A stretch of DNA of 64,000 nucleotides, from the NCBI GenBank assembly GCA_015069325.1, contig SVIV01000001.1, positions 81,416-145,415 on the forward strand, in the 5' to 3' direction. Source of the DNA: Clostridiales bacterium (GTDB lineage Bacteria > Bacillota > Clostridia > Christensenellales > UBA1242). A program made the position numbers and the translations under genes. The notes under the pieces are model-generated. The model worked only from the letters and a program-made list of their open reading frames with translations, did no database searches and had not been told where the DNA came from. The number at the start of each line of letters is the position of its first letter. The first letter of the stretch is position 1. This document shows positions 56,555 through 64,000 of the stretch, in pieces.

Positions 56555-57262
56555 ATGGAATTTTTAGGATATTATGTATGCGGGATATTAGTTTTAGTTA
56601 CGATTTTTATTGCACTGGGCGCGCAAGCAAAAGTTCATAGTGCTTATAATAAATACAAAAAAGAAGTATCACCCTTAGATATTACAGGTGCAGACCTTGC
56701 AAGAAAGCTTGCTGAGCAAAATCATATCTCAATCAATCTGCGTTCTTGTTCAGGGCAACTTAGTGATCATTATGATCCAAGAGATAAAAGTTTAAACATT
56801 TCACAAGAGAACTTTAATTCTAAATCAGTTGCGGCGCATGCAATAGTTGCACACGAATTTGGGCATGCCCTTCAAGATGCAGAAAATTATGCTCCGCTCA
56901 AAGTAAGACAAGCGACCGTGAAAATTGCAAATGCAATGTCAACAATGTTGGTGCCTATGATTATATTAGGTCTCTTATTTGAGCTGTTTCTGTTTGCAGG
57001 TGTAGGGAATGTTTTAATTTATATTTATATTGGATTATATTCTGTTTCATTTGTTGTGAGTTTAGTTACATTGCCTGTAGAATTTAATGCTTCAAGAAGG
57101 GCAAAAGAATGTTTAACTTCACTTGGGGTTACCGGTCAAGATCAAGACGGAGTAAGTGATGTTTTAAATGCTGCCGCTTGGACATATGTTGCATCAATGC
57201 TTGTAAGTCTTGCGTATCTGTTAAGATTGCTCGCATTATTAAGAATTTTCTCAAGAGATTAA
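56555..57262 (+). CDS. membrane zinc metallopeptidase, Zn_peptidase_2 (PF04298-like) family, paralog 2
   Basis: AQAKVHSAYNKYKK...GQLSDHYDPRDKSLNIS...VAHEFGHALQD...LPVEFNASRRA...NAAAWTYVAS matches the family consensus end to end. SD AGGAG. Confidence 0.85.
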   Translation: MEFLGYYVCGILVLVTIFIALGAQAKVHSAYNKYKKEVSPLDITGADLARKLAEQNHISINLRSCSGQLSDHYDPRDKSLNISQENFNSKSVAAHAIVAHEFGHALQDAENYAPLKVRQATVKIANAMSTMLVPMIILGLLFELFLFAGVGNVLIYIYIGLYSVSFVVSLVTLPVEFNASRRAKECLTSLGVTGQDQDGVSDVLNAAAWTYVASMLVSLAYLLRLLALLRIFSRD

Positions 57263-57291
57263 AAAAATCACGGATATATCGTGATTTTTTT
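57261..57291. terminator. bidirectional terminator between the zinc peptidase gene and glyQS
   Basis: ATCACG (57267-57272) / CGTGAT (57280-57285), 7-nt loop, A7 upstream and T7 downstream. Confidence 0.7.
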
Positions 57292-57297
57292 ATGTTA

Positions 57298-58674
57298 TTA
57301 AAATTTAACTTTTTCTGAAATATAGGCAACAAGTTTGCTGATTGGAAGTCTAATTTGTTCCATTGAATCTCTGTCTCTGATTGTTACAGTGTCGTTTTCA
57401 AGAGTGTCAAAGTCAACTGTTACGCAGAAAGGAGTGCCGATTTCGTCTTGACGACGATATCTCTTTCCAATAGAACCTGCAAGGTCATAGTCGCACATAA
57501 ATTCTTTTGCTAGTTTTGCATAAACTTCTTCTGCTTTTTCTGAAAGGTTCTTTTGAAGTGGAAGCACTGCTACTTTGTATGGTGCAATTGCAGGATTGAA
57601 GTGCATTACAACTCTAGTTTCGCCATTTTCAAGTGTTTCTTCTTCATAAGCTTCGCAAAGAGTTGCAAGTGTAAGGCGACCAACGCCGATAGAGTATTCA
57701 ATAACAGTAGGAAGCACTTTTTCGTTTGTAACAGGATCTGTGTAAAGCATACTTTTGCCGCTATATTCTTGGTGGCGAGAGCAGTCCCAAGTTCCTCTGT
57801 GGTGAACGCCATTGAGTTCTTGCCAGCCGATAGGGAAATTGTATTGAATGTCGCAAGCTGCTTTTGCATAGTGTGCAAGTTTGTCGTGATCGTGGAAACG
57901 AAGTTTGTCTTCGCTAAGTCCGATATCTTTTGCGAAATTCCAAGCTTTTTCTTTGTATGAATTGTAAATTTGGACAGAGTCTTCGTCTTTGCAGAACATT
58001 TGAAGTTCCATTTGTTCAAATTCAATAGTTCTGAAAAGGAAGTTTCCTGGTGTAATTTCGTTTCTAAAAGATTTTCCAATTTGTGCAATAGCGAAAGGAA
58101 GTTTTGCCCTTGCAGTTCTTTGCACGTTAAGGAAGTTTACATATTCTCCTTGACAAGTTTCAGGTCTAAGATAAACTTTGTCAGCTTCGGCTTCTAATGT
58201 TCCGCGAGAAGTTGTAAACATTGGGTTGAATTTTCTAATATTTGTCCAAGTTTTATTTCCGCAATGTGGGCAACGAATGTTGTTTTCTTCAATGTATACT
58301 TCCATTTCTTCGTTTGTCATACAATCAGGGATAACGTCGCCTTTTCCGTAAGTTTCAATTAATGTGTCTGCACGAAATCTTTGTTTGCAAGATTTGCAGT
58401 CCATTTTAGGATCTCCAAAGCTTGCTACGTGTCCACTTGCTTCCCAAACGCGTGGATTCATCAGAATTGATGCGTCAACGCCATAAGTGTTTGGGCTTTC
58501 TTGCACAAATCTTTTCCACCAAGCCTTTTTAATGTTGTTTTCAAGTTCTACGCCAACAGGTCCAAAGTCCCAAGTGTTTGCAAAACCACCATAAATGTCG
58601 CTTCCTGGGAAAACGAATCCGCGAGATTTGCATAAGTTGACAATTTTGTCCATAGTTACATTTTTTTCTGCCAT
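57298..58674 (-). CDS. glyQS: glycine--tRNA ligase (alpha2 homodimeric type)
   Basis: 458 aa. MDKIVNLCKSRGFVFPGSDIYGGFANTWDFGPVG...FRNEITPGNFLFRTIEFEQMELQMF...GVGRL...IAPYKVAVLPL. SD AGGAGA. Confidence 0.96.
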   Translation of the reverse strand: MAEKNVTMDKIVNLCKSRGFVFPGSDIYGGFANTWDFGPVGVELENNIKKAWWKRFVQESPNTYGVDASILMNPRVWEASGHVASFGDPKMDCKSCKQRFRADTLIETYGKGDVIPDCMTNEEMEVYIEENNIRCPHCGNKTWTNIRKFNPMFTTSRGTLEAEADKVYLRPETCQGEYVNFLNVQRTARAKLPFAIAQIGKSFRNEITPGNFLFRTIEFEQMELQMFCKDEDSVQIYNSYKEKAWNFAKDIGLSEDKLRFHDHDKLAHYAKAACDIQYNFPIGWQELNGVHHRGTWDCSRHQEYSGKSMLYTDPVTNEKVLPTVIEYSIGVGRLTLATLCEAYEEETLENGETRVVMHFNPAIAPYKVAVLPLQKNLSEKAEEVYAKLAKEFMCDYDLAGSIGKRYRRQDEIGTPFCVTVDFDTLENDTVTIRDRDSMEQIRLPISKLVAYISEKVKF

Positions 58675-58732
58675 AATTTTTTCTCCTTTACGTTTCTTTT
58701 TTTTGTGACAATGTTTTTTATTTATATTAAAA

Positions 58733-58881
58733 GCAATAAAAAAGCCCCCATTGCCTAAGAGGCAATAGGGGCGAGTTTTCTTCGCTGTTCCACCCTAATT
58801 CGTGTTTATAAAACACCTTCATTACAGTCGTTACGCTGACTTTGCGTTAAGCTCGAGAGTTGCCAATTCCGTCATCACTTA
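58733..58881 (-). promoter_or_regulatory. T-box riboswitch leader (glycine, GGC specifier) controlling glyQS
   Basis: Minus strand: GA/K-turn GTGATGA; specifier loop GGAATTGGCAAC (GGC then A); stem III GTGTTTTATAAACAC; T-box AATTAGGGTGGAACAGCG (58803-58786); terminator GCCCCTATTGCC-TCTTA-GGCAATGGGGGC plus U run (58772-58733). Confidence 0.88.
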
Positions 58882-58887
58882 AGTATA

Positions 58888-58915
58888 ATTATATTCTTTT
58901 TTTTTGATTTGTCAA
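58888..58915 (-). promoter_or_regulatory. promoter of the glyQS T-box leader
   Basis: Minus strand: TTGACA (58915-58910), 16 nt, TATAAT (58893-58888). Confidence 0.65.
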
Positions 58916-58948
58916 TTATTTTTTTGATTTTGTTAAATATTAATAAAA

Positions 58949-59269
58949 TTATAGGTCATCTAATTCATAACCCAACCCTGCAGGATTGTTTTTATTTATG
59001 ATTTGATTTTTAATTTCGTGTTGTAATTGCTTGTGTTTTAAATTGCTTATAAAAGAAATAGCACATCCGCCGACTCCTAATCCTAAATATTCAGCCGATA
59101 TTATTGCTTTCCAAGCGTTAGGAGATAAGTTTATGGCAGTTAATAAAAGAGGTGTAGCTAGAAAAGATACAATTCCTACTGCAGATGCAATTATTGAAAT
59201 GTTTCTAACCAAAGTATATGTCTTATCTTTTTTTAATAATCCTTCTAATGTAATGTCTTTCTTTTTCAT
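58949..59269 (-). CDS. small two-TM membrane protein, paralog 4 of a tandem array
   Basis: 106 aa. MKKKDITLEGLLKKDKT, TM1 IIASAVGIVSFLATPLLL, TM2 YLGLGVGGCAISFI, charged tail ending ELDDL. SD AGGAAA. Confidence 0.65.
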   Translation of the reverse strand: MKKKDITLEGLLKKDKTYTLVRNISIIASAVGIVSFLATPLLLTAINLSPNAWKAIISAEYLGLGVGGCAISFISNLKHKQLQHEIKNQIINKNNPAGLGYELDDL

Positions 59270-59281
59270 AATTTTTTCCTT

Positions 59282-59623
59282 TCATTCAATCTCTTTATAA
59301 TCTTCTGATATGATATCGCTTTCTTGATAATTGTGTTGAATTTTAAAAATTCTGTCATTGTGTTCTTTTTCTGATTGTTTTTGTTTCTCTTTCCTTATCT
59401 TATCAATTTTTTCAACCTTTCCTGCAAAGAAAATAGATGTGCCGACTGATACGATGGCAATAATTGAACCTGCGAGTATAAAAGGAGTAGATTGTTTTAC
59501 TAGTCCATTTCCTAAAAGAAATCCGCCCGCTATTGATGGCATGTTTGCAAGTTTTGAAGTAAGATCGTATATAAATCTTTTGTCTAAAAGTTCACTTGTT
59601 GTCATAGCTTCAAATTTTTTCAT
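59282..59623 (-). CDS. small two-TM membrane protein, paralog 3
   Basis: 113 aa. ...TTSELLDKRF, TM1 SIAGGFLLGNGLV, TM2 FILAGSIIAIVSVGTSIFFAG, long Lys/Glu tail ending KEIE. Confidence 0.65.
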   Translation of the reverse strand: MKKFEAMTTSELLDKRFIYDLTSKLANMPSIAGGFLLGNGLVKQSTPFILAGSIIAIVSVGTSIFFAGKVEKIDKIRKEKQKQSEKEHNDRIFKIQHNYQESDIISEDYKEIE

Positions 59624-59637
59624 TATTTTTCTCGCTT

Positions 59638-59901
59638 TTATTCAAGTTCATATTTTTCCGCAACAATAAGTTGATTATCCGTATGGTTTTCAATGTTTTT
59701 TGCAATTTTTTCTGTTGCGAATCCAATAATGCCAATTGTTGCTCCGATGCCTGCGGTGGTAAGGTCAAAAGTAGTTGCCTCTGACGCAAAACTGGATATG
59801 AAAGTTATTACACCTGCAAACTCTGCAGTTAAAGCGCCTAATTGTGTGAAGACGCAAATTTTTTTCTTTTTTAGTAAGCCTTTTTTTGTTGTGTTTATCA
59901 T
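59638..59901 (-). CDS. small two-TM membrane protein, paralog 2
   Basis: ATG 59901 is preferred over TTG 59910 (GGGGA 9 nt upstream; starts 1 nt after the paralog 1 stop). MINTTKKGLLKKKKI, TM1 LGALTAEFAGVITFISSFA, TM2 AGIGATIGIIGFA, tail ending YELE. Confidence 0.65.
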   Translation of the reverse strand: MINTTKKGLLKKKKICVFTQLGALTAEFAGVITFISSFASEATTFDLTTAGIGATIGIIGFATEKIAKNIENHTDNQLIVAEKYELE

Positions 59902-59902
59902 T

Positions 59903-60175
59903 TTATTCAATCCCCATTTCGTTTAAGATATTAAGTTCTTTCTCTGTTTTTAATTCTTTTTCATATGCGAGTTTATCCATTATTGAACTTGCAATACCGA
60001 TTGTTGCTCCAAGCCCCAGCGCTATGACGGTGTTTTCAGGAGAAAGACTGTCGGTAGCGAACATAATCAGTCCTGTAGTCAGTGTAGCAAGTGAGCAAAT
60101 TCCAAGTCCTAGTGCGACAGATTGACAATATCTGCAAACTTTTTTACTTTTTAATAATTCTTTTCTTGATTTCAT
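59903..60175 (-). CDS. small two-TM membrane protein, paralog 1
   Basis: 90 aa. MKSRKELLKSKKV, TM1 VALGLGICSLATLTTGLIMFA, TM2 IALGLGATIGIASSI, tail ending EMGIE. SD AAGGAG. Confidence 0.65.
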   Translation of the reverse strand: MKSRKELLKSKKVCRYCQSVALGLGICSLATLTTGLIMFATDSLSPENTVIALGLGATIGIASSIMDKLAYEKELKTEKELNILNEMGIE

Positions 60176-60202
60176 AATGATTTTAGCTCCTTATTTTTTA
60201 AT

Positions 60203-60230
60203 ATTTTATCATAAAAAAGTAATTTGTCAA
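60203..60230 (-). promoter_or_regulatory. promoter of the four-gene small membrane protein operon
   Basis: Minus strand: TTGACA (60230-60225), 16 nt, TGaTAAAAT (hexamer 60208-60203). Confidence 0.6.
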
Positions 60231-60261
60231 GGGGGATTTATATTTAAAATATATATTTAAT

Positions 60262-60292
60262 AATAAAAAACAGAGCATTGCCCTGTTTTTAT
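60262..60292 (-). terminator. terminator after the ABC-F gene
   Basis: CAGAGC (60271-60276) / GCCCTG (60280-60285) with one mismatch, 3-nt loop, flanked by complementary A and T runs. Confidence 0.5.
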
Positions 60293-60293
60293 T

Positions 60294-61874
60294 TTATTTT
60301 CCATATTTCTCAATATATTCTTGATAAGTGCCGGTAAAATCAATAATTTTATTTTCGTCAACAATATCAATAATGCGGTTTGCGACAGTTTCAATAATTT
60401 CCTGATCGTGTGTTGCGAAAAGCATATTTCCCCTAAAATTTTGCATTCCTTTATCAAGTGCTGTGATTGATTCAAGATCTAGGTGATTTGTAGGTTCGTC
60501 TAGGATAACAAGATTGCCCTGTTCAAGCATCATTTTTGCAAGCATACATCTCACTCTTTCTCCGCCGGAAAGGACATTTGCTGGCTTTAAGTTTTCTTCG
60601 CCTGTGAAAAGCATTCTTCCAAGCCAGCTTCTGATATATGTTTCGTTTTGATCTTTTGAATATGCTCTAAGCCAATCGACAATTGAGTCGGTTTTTCCTT
60701 CAAAGTATTCGTTGTTGTTTTGTGGAAGATTAGTGATTTTTATTGTTTTTCCAACGAATACTTGCCCGTGGTCTGGCTTCTCTGTTCCCAAGATAATATT
60801 GAATAATGTTGTTAAAATTTGGCTATTTTTTGCAAAAAATGCAACTTTTTGCCCTTTTTCGATGTTGAAAGATAGGTTTTTAAACATTCCTTCTTTAGTC
60901 AAGTGATCAACTTTTAAAATTTCTTTCCCTATTTCTTGTGTATATTCAAAGTTGATGTAAGGGTATTTTCTTGATGAAGGTTTAATGTCTTCAAGTGTTA
61001 GTTTTTCAAGTTCTCTTTTTCTTGAAGTTGCTTGTTTTGATTTTGATGCGTTTGCAGAGAAACGAGCAATAAATTCTTTAAGTTCTTTTGCGCGTTGCTC
61101 AGCCTTTTTGTTTTGATCTTTCATTTGCTTTAGGATAAGTTGGCTTGATTCATACCAGAAATCGTAGTTGCCGATAAACATATTAATTTTGCCATAATCT
61201 ACATCGCAAATATGTGTGCAAACTTTGTTTAAAAAGTGTCGATTGTGAGATACGATAATAACAATGTTTTCAAATTCTAACAAATAGTCTTCAAGCCATC
61301 TTGTTGTTTTAAAGTCAAGGTTGTTTGTAGGTTCATCTAAAACTAAGATGTCTGGATTTCCAAACAGTGCTTGTGCAAGAAGAATTTTTACTTTAATTTT
61401 TGCGTCAAGGGTCCCCATTATTTCGTTGTGCATATCTTCAGAGATTCCGATGCTTTGAAGAAGGGATTTTGCTTCGCTTTCAGCTTCCCATCCGCCGAGT
61501 TCTGCAAATTCTGTTTCTAGTTCGCCTGCACGTATTCCATCTTCTTCAGAAAAGTCAGGTTTCATATATAATTCATCTTTTTCTTTTTGAATATCCATCA
61601 ATCTTTTGTGCCCAAGAAGAACTGTGTTTAAAACTGTTTCGTTGTCATAAGCGTTTTGGTTTTGTGCAAGCACGCTCATTCTTTCTCCTGGAGTGATTGA
61701 AATTTCACCTGTATTAGGTTCAATGTCTCCTGTAAGAATTTTTAAGAATGTAGATTTTCCTGCTCCGTTTGCACCAATTATTCCATAACAATTTCCTTTT
61801 GTAAATTTTAAGTTTACTTCTTTATAAAGAACTCTTCCGCCAAACGCTAGAGATATGTTGCTTGCTTGTATCAT
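60294..61874 (-). CDS. ABC-F family ATPase (YbiT-like length, no TM domain), second ATP site degenerate
   Basis: 526 aa. NBD1 Walker A GANGAGKST and Walker B LVLDEPTNNLD. NBD2 signature LSGGERVR and Walker B LVILDEPTNHLD. NBD2 Walker A position reads FAKNSQILTT. SD AGGAGA. Confidence 0.88.
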   Translation of the reverse strand: MIQASNISLAFGGRVLYKEVNLKFTKGNCYGIIGANGAGKSTFLKILTGDIEPNTGEISITPGERMSVLAQNQNAYDNETVLNTVLLGHKRLMDIQKEKDELYMKPDFSEEDGIRAGELETEFAELGGWEAESEAKSLLQSIGISEDMHNEIMGTLDAKIKVKILLAQALFGNPDILVLDEPTNNLDFKTTRWLEDYLLEFENIVIIVSHNRHFLNKVCTHICDVDYGKINMFIGNYDFWYESSQLILKQMKDQNKKAEQRAKELKEFIARFSANASKSKQATSRKRELEKLTLEDIKPSSRKYPYINFEYTQEIGKEILKVDHLTKEGMFKNLSFNIEKGQKVAFFAKNSQILTTLFNIILGTEKPDHGQVFVGKTIKITNLPQNNNEYFEGKTDSIVDWLRAYSKDQNETYIRSWLGRMLFTGEENLKPANVLSGGERVRCMLAKMMLEQGNLVILDEPTNHLDLESITALDKGMQNFRGNMLFATHDQEIIETVANRIIDIVDENKIIDFTGTYQEYIEKYGK

Positions 61875-62296
61875 CTTTATTTTTCTCCTTTAATTTATAT
61901 TCTTGTTTAGTATATATTAAAAATAATAAAAAGTCAAGCGATGAATTAGTGGAGATGTGTTTTGAATAAATATAAATAAAATAAAACCAAAATAATTTAC
62001 GAAAAAATATTAAAAAATTAATTAAAAAATAGATTTTTGTGTTGTTTTTAATAAAAAATAATTAAATTATTAAAAATAAAACAAAAAAAATAAATCAAAT
62101 ATTGTTTTTCTTTTAAATAGGGCGATATAATTATTTCACAATTTTAAATATAATTTTTAGGAATATAGCGTTTTTAGCATAGAAAAATTGATTAGAGATA
62201 ATAATAAATATATTAAATAATGGGTGAAATTTATTTGCTTTTTTTGATGTAAAAAATTATAATTAAATTATAATATTTATGAGAGAGGTTTTTTCT

Positions 62297-64000
62297 ATGA
62301 AAAGAAATAAAAAAGAAAAAATTAAAAAGGGTCAAGAAGGTATTAAAAAGGGACTTCGCCCTTGGATGACTGTGCTGGGAGTGTTTGGCTCGGTAGGTGT
62401 GGTGGTTGGCTCTACTATTCTGGGTGTTTTTTTGACAGGCGGATTTGAAGAAAAAATTATCAATCCAGAAAGCATCGAGTTCTCTTACGACCAATCTCTT
62501 TTCAATGATACATATTCTCAACTTGAAATTACCGACTCTGATGGCAGTGGTGATTTTTCTTTGGTGATCAATTCTCCAACTGTTGGGGTGACAAAAAATA
62601 AAGTTCAACTTTCATTTGAAGGAGATGAAGTAATTACCACAATGGGTGATTATATTTCAAACTCAATTATTCAAGTGCCACAAGTTGTTACTCTTGGACA
62701 ACCTTTCTCTGTAAAACTTTTGAAAGAACAAATTGAGCTTTCAGATGGCTCTTATGAAGATTGGATTAAAGGTGGAGTTTCGACACTTGTTGCTCAAAGT
62801 GAATATGAAGATGCAAAAGAAATTGAGTTGCAAATAGCAGTTGATACTCCTGTTCATTCAACTAAGACTGTTGCGTATGATTCGAATGGAGAGCAAATTG
62901 CTACTGACGCCAATGGGAATTATTTAGTTTTATCGGGAGAATCTTTTACTGTAAAATCACAATTCATTCCTGCAAAAAGCGAATATATGTTTGCAGACGA
63001 TGATGCAGTAAATGAAATATCAGAAGAAAATAGAAGAAAAAAACATTCATTCTTTGAAGCGAAATTATCTCAGGTTCAATCTAACGCAGTGTTGCCTGTT
63101 TATGATGGTAAATATGATATGCACTTCACAACTTCACCTAAAGAGATTGAAGGTGTAATTGCAATCAATGCATATACATTCAAATACGCAGACCTAGAAA
63201 ATAATTTCTTTGAGTTGAATCAAGATAAAGCAAATGTAGATTTTTACAAGATGGCAATTACAGATATTGCTTCGCTCACAACTGGTGGGCTTAAAACGGA
63301 AGCGGGAGTTACAATTAGTCCGGCTAATATCGGTTCATTTTCTATTACAAATTCAAATGAAATTTCTTTAGTATTTGGGAAAAGCACAAAACTTTATTTA
63401 AGCTATAATGCAGATGAAGCAAATAGTGGATATTTGGGGGCAACAGTCGTTTCAAATACTTCAAGAGAACTCGAAGGTATGCTTGCAAATGTTGGTATTC
63501 GTTTTGTAGATGCTCATACTGATGAAGAAATTGTAGGTGATGATAAATATATTACAATAAAAAATTCAGCAACGATTACTGTTGATGGCAAAAATTATTA
63601 TTTACCATACAGTGAAGTTGCAAACATTCGTTATGGTTATTGGGATATACAAGCAAATGATACTTTAGTTCAAGAAAAATCTGTGAGAATGGAAATAGTT
63701 TTATTTACCAATCTTGACGAAGGAGAAGTTTTTAAAGAAGGTGAAAATGTAGTTGAGTTATATAAAACTCTCAATTTGGTTGAAAGAGAAAACTATGAAA
63801 TTAGTTGGAAAGACGCTTCAAATATTAATATAACTCTTGAATATAATGATGGCGAATTTGCTTCGCATAGAGTTGGGCTTCACTCTTTGGTAACTTATCC
63901 TGATGATAAAGATATTGCATTCTTTGTTCGATTGATTACAGATGAAACGGATGAAGAGAAAATTAGAGAACAACTTAGTGCATTGATAGGCGCAGATGCT
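62297..64000 (+). CDS. second large surface protein, N-terminal signal anchor, 3' end outside window
   Basis: Not in the ORF track (no stop within the window). Manual translation of 568 codons is stop-free: MKRNKKEKIKKGQEGIKKGLRPWMTVLGVFGSVGVVVGSTILGVFLTGGFEEK..., then beta-rich, Ig-like-looking sequence. SD GAGAGAGG. Confidence 0.8.
   Translation, partial: MKRNKKEKIKKGQEGIKKGLRPWMTVLGVFGSVGVVVGSTILGVFLTGGFEEKIINPESIEFSYDQSLFNDTYSQLEITDSDGSGDFSLVINSPTVGVTKNKVQLSFEGDEVITTMGDYISNSIIQVPQVVTLGQPFSVKLLKEQIELSDGSYEDWIKGGVSTLVAQSEYEDAKEIELQIAVDTPVHSTKTVAYDSNGEQIATDANGNYLVLSGESFTVKSQFIPAKSEYMFADDDAVNEISEENRRKKHSFFEAKLSQVQSNAVLPVYDGKYDMHFTTSPKEIEGVIAINAYTFKYADLENNFFELNQDKANVDFYKMAITDIASLTTGGLKTEAGVTISPANIGSFSITNSNEISLVFGKSTKLYLSYNADEANSGYLGATVVSNTSRELEGMLANVGIRFVDAHTDEEIVGDDKYITIKNSATITVDGKNYYLPYSEVANIRYGYWDIQANDTLVQEKSVRMEIVLFTNLDEGEVFKEGENVVELYKTLNLVERENYEISWKDASNINITLEYNDGEFASHRVGLHSLVTYPDDKDIAFFVRLITDETDEEKIREQLSALIGADA

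Noticed and set aside
59031-60125. Plus-strand ORFs (59031-59300, 59358-59669, 59693-59926, 59886-60125) mirroring the four small minus-strand genes.
   Set aside because: The minus-strand set has SDs, a promoter, tight spacing and mutually paralogous products. The plus-strand set shares none of this and reads as hydrophobic antisense shadows.
62231-62608. 125-codon minus-strand ORF at the start of the second surface protein gene.
   Set aside because: It overlaps the well-supported plus-strand ORF (SD, signal anchor, 568 stop-free codons) and its product has no meaningful features.

Overview
AT-rich (roughly one third G+C by eye), standard-genetic-code chromosomal segment of a cell-walled, Firmicutes/Clostridia-like bacterium. 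Gene order: (1) the end of the ribosomal alpha cluster (map, KOW protein, infA, rpmJ, rpsM, rpsK, rpsD, rpoA, rplQ); (2) a one-gene cassette bounded by ~45-nt inverted repeats; (3) dtd, a PHP protein, whiA and dnaE, with two perfect DnaA boxes on the dtd promoter; (4) a six-tRNA operon; (5) gpmI and a TtcA-like gene. Nearly one third of the window (15844-35997) is a single 6,717-codon ORF. It encodes a lipobox-anchored giant surface protein built from repeated GLUG-like modules, and it is the most unusual object here. Downstream lie radC, a divergent pair of small wHTH+TM paralogs, uvrB and uvrA split by a small membrane-protein gene, a BspA/DUF285-type LRR surface protein, an orphan 545-aa protein, an MBL hydrolase and metG. 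Next comes an 887-aa CvpA-like membrane protein in the position where mraZ normally sits, followed by rsmH, an FtsL-like protein and a PASTA-bearing class B PBP. The window ends with two tandem zinc peptidases, T-box-controlled glyQS, four tandem small two-TM paralogs, an ABC-F ATPase with a degenerate second ATP site, and the 5' part of a second large surface protein. I saw no rRNA, CRISPR array, transposase, integrase, phage gene or recognisable defence gene. All calls rest on manual translation, motif recognition and hairpin or promoter inspection; no database search was possible.
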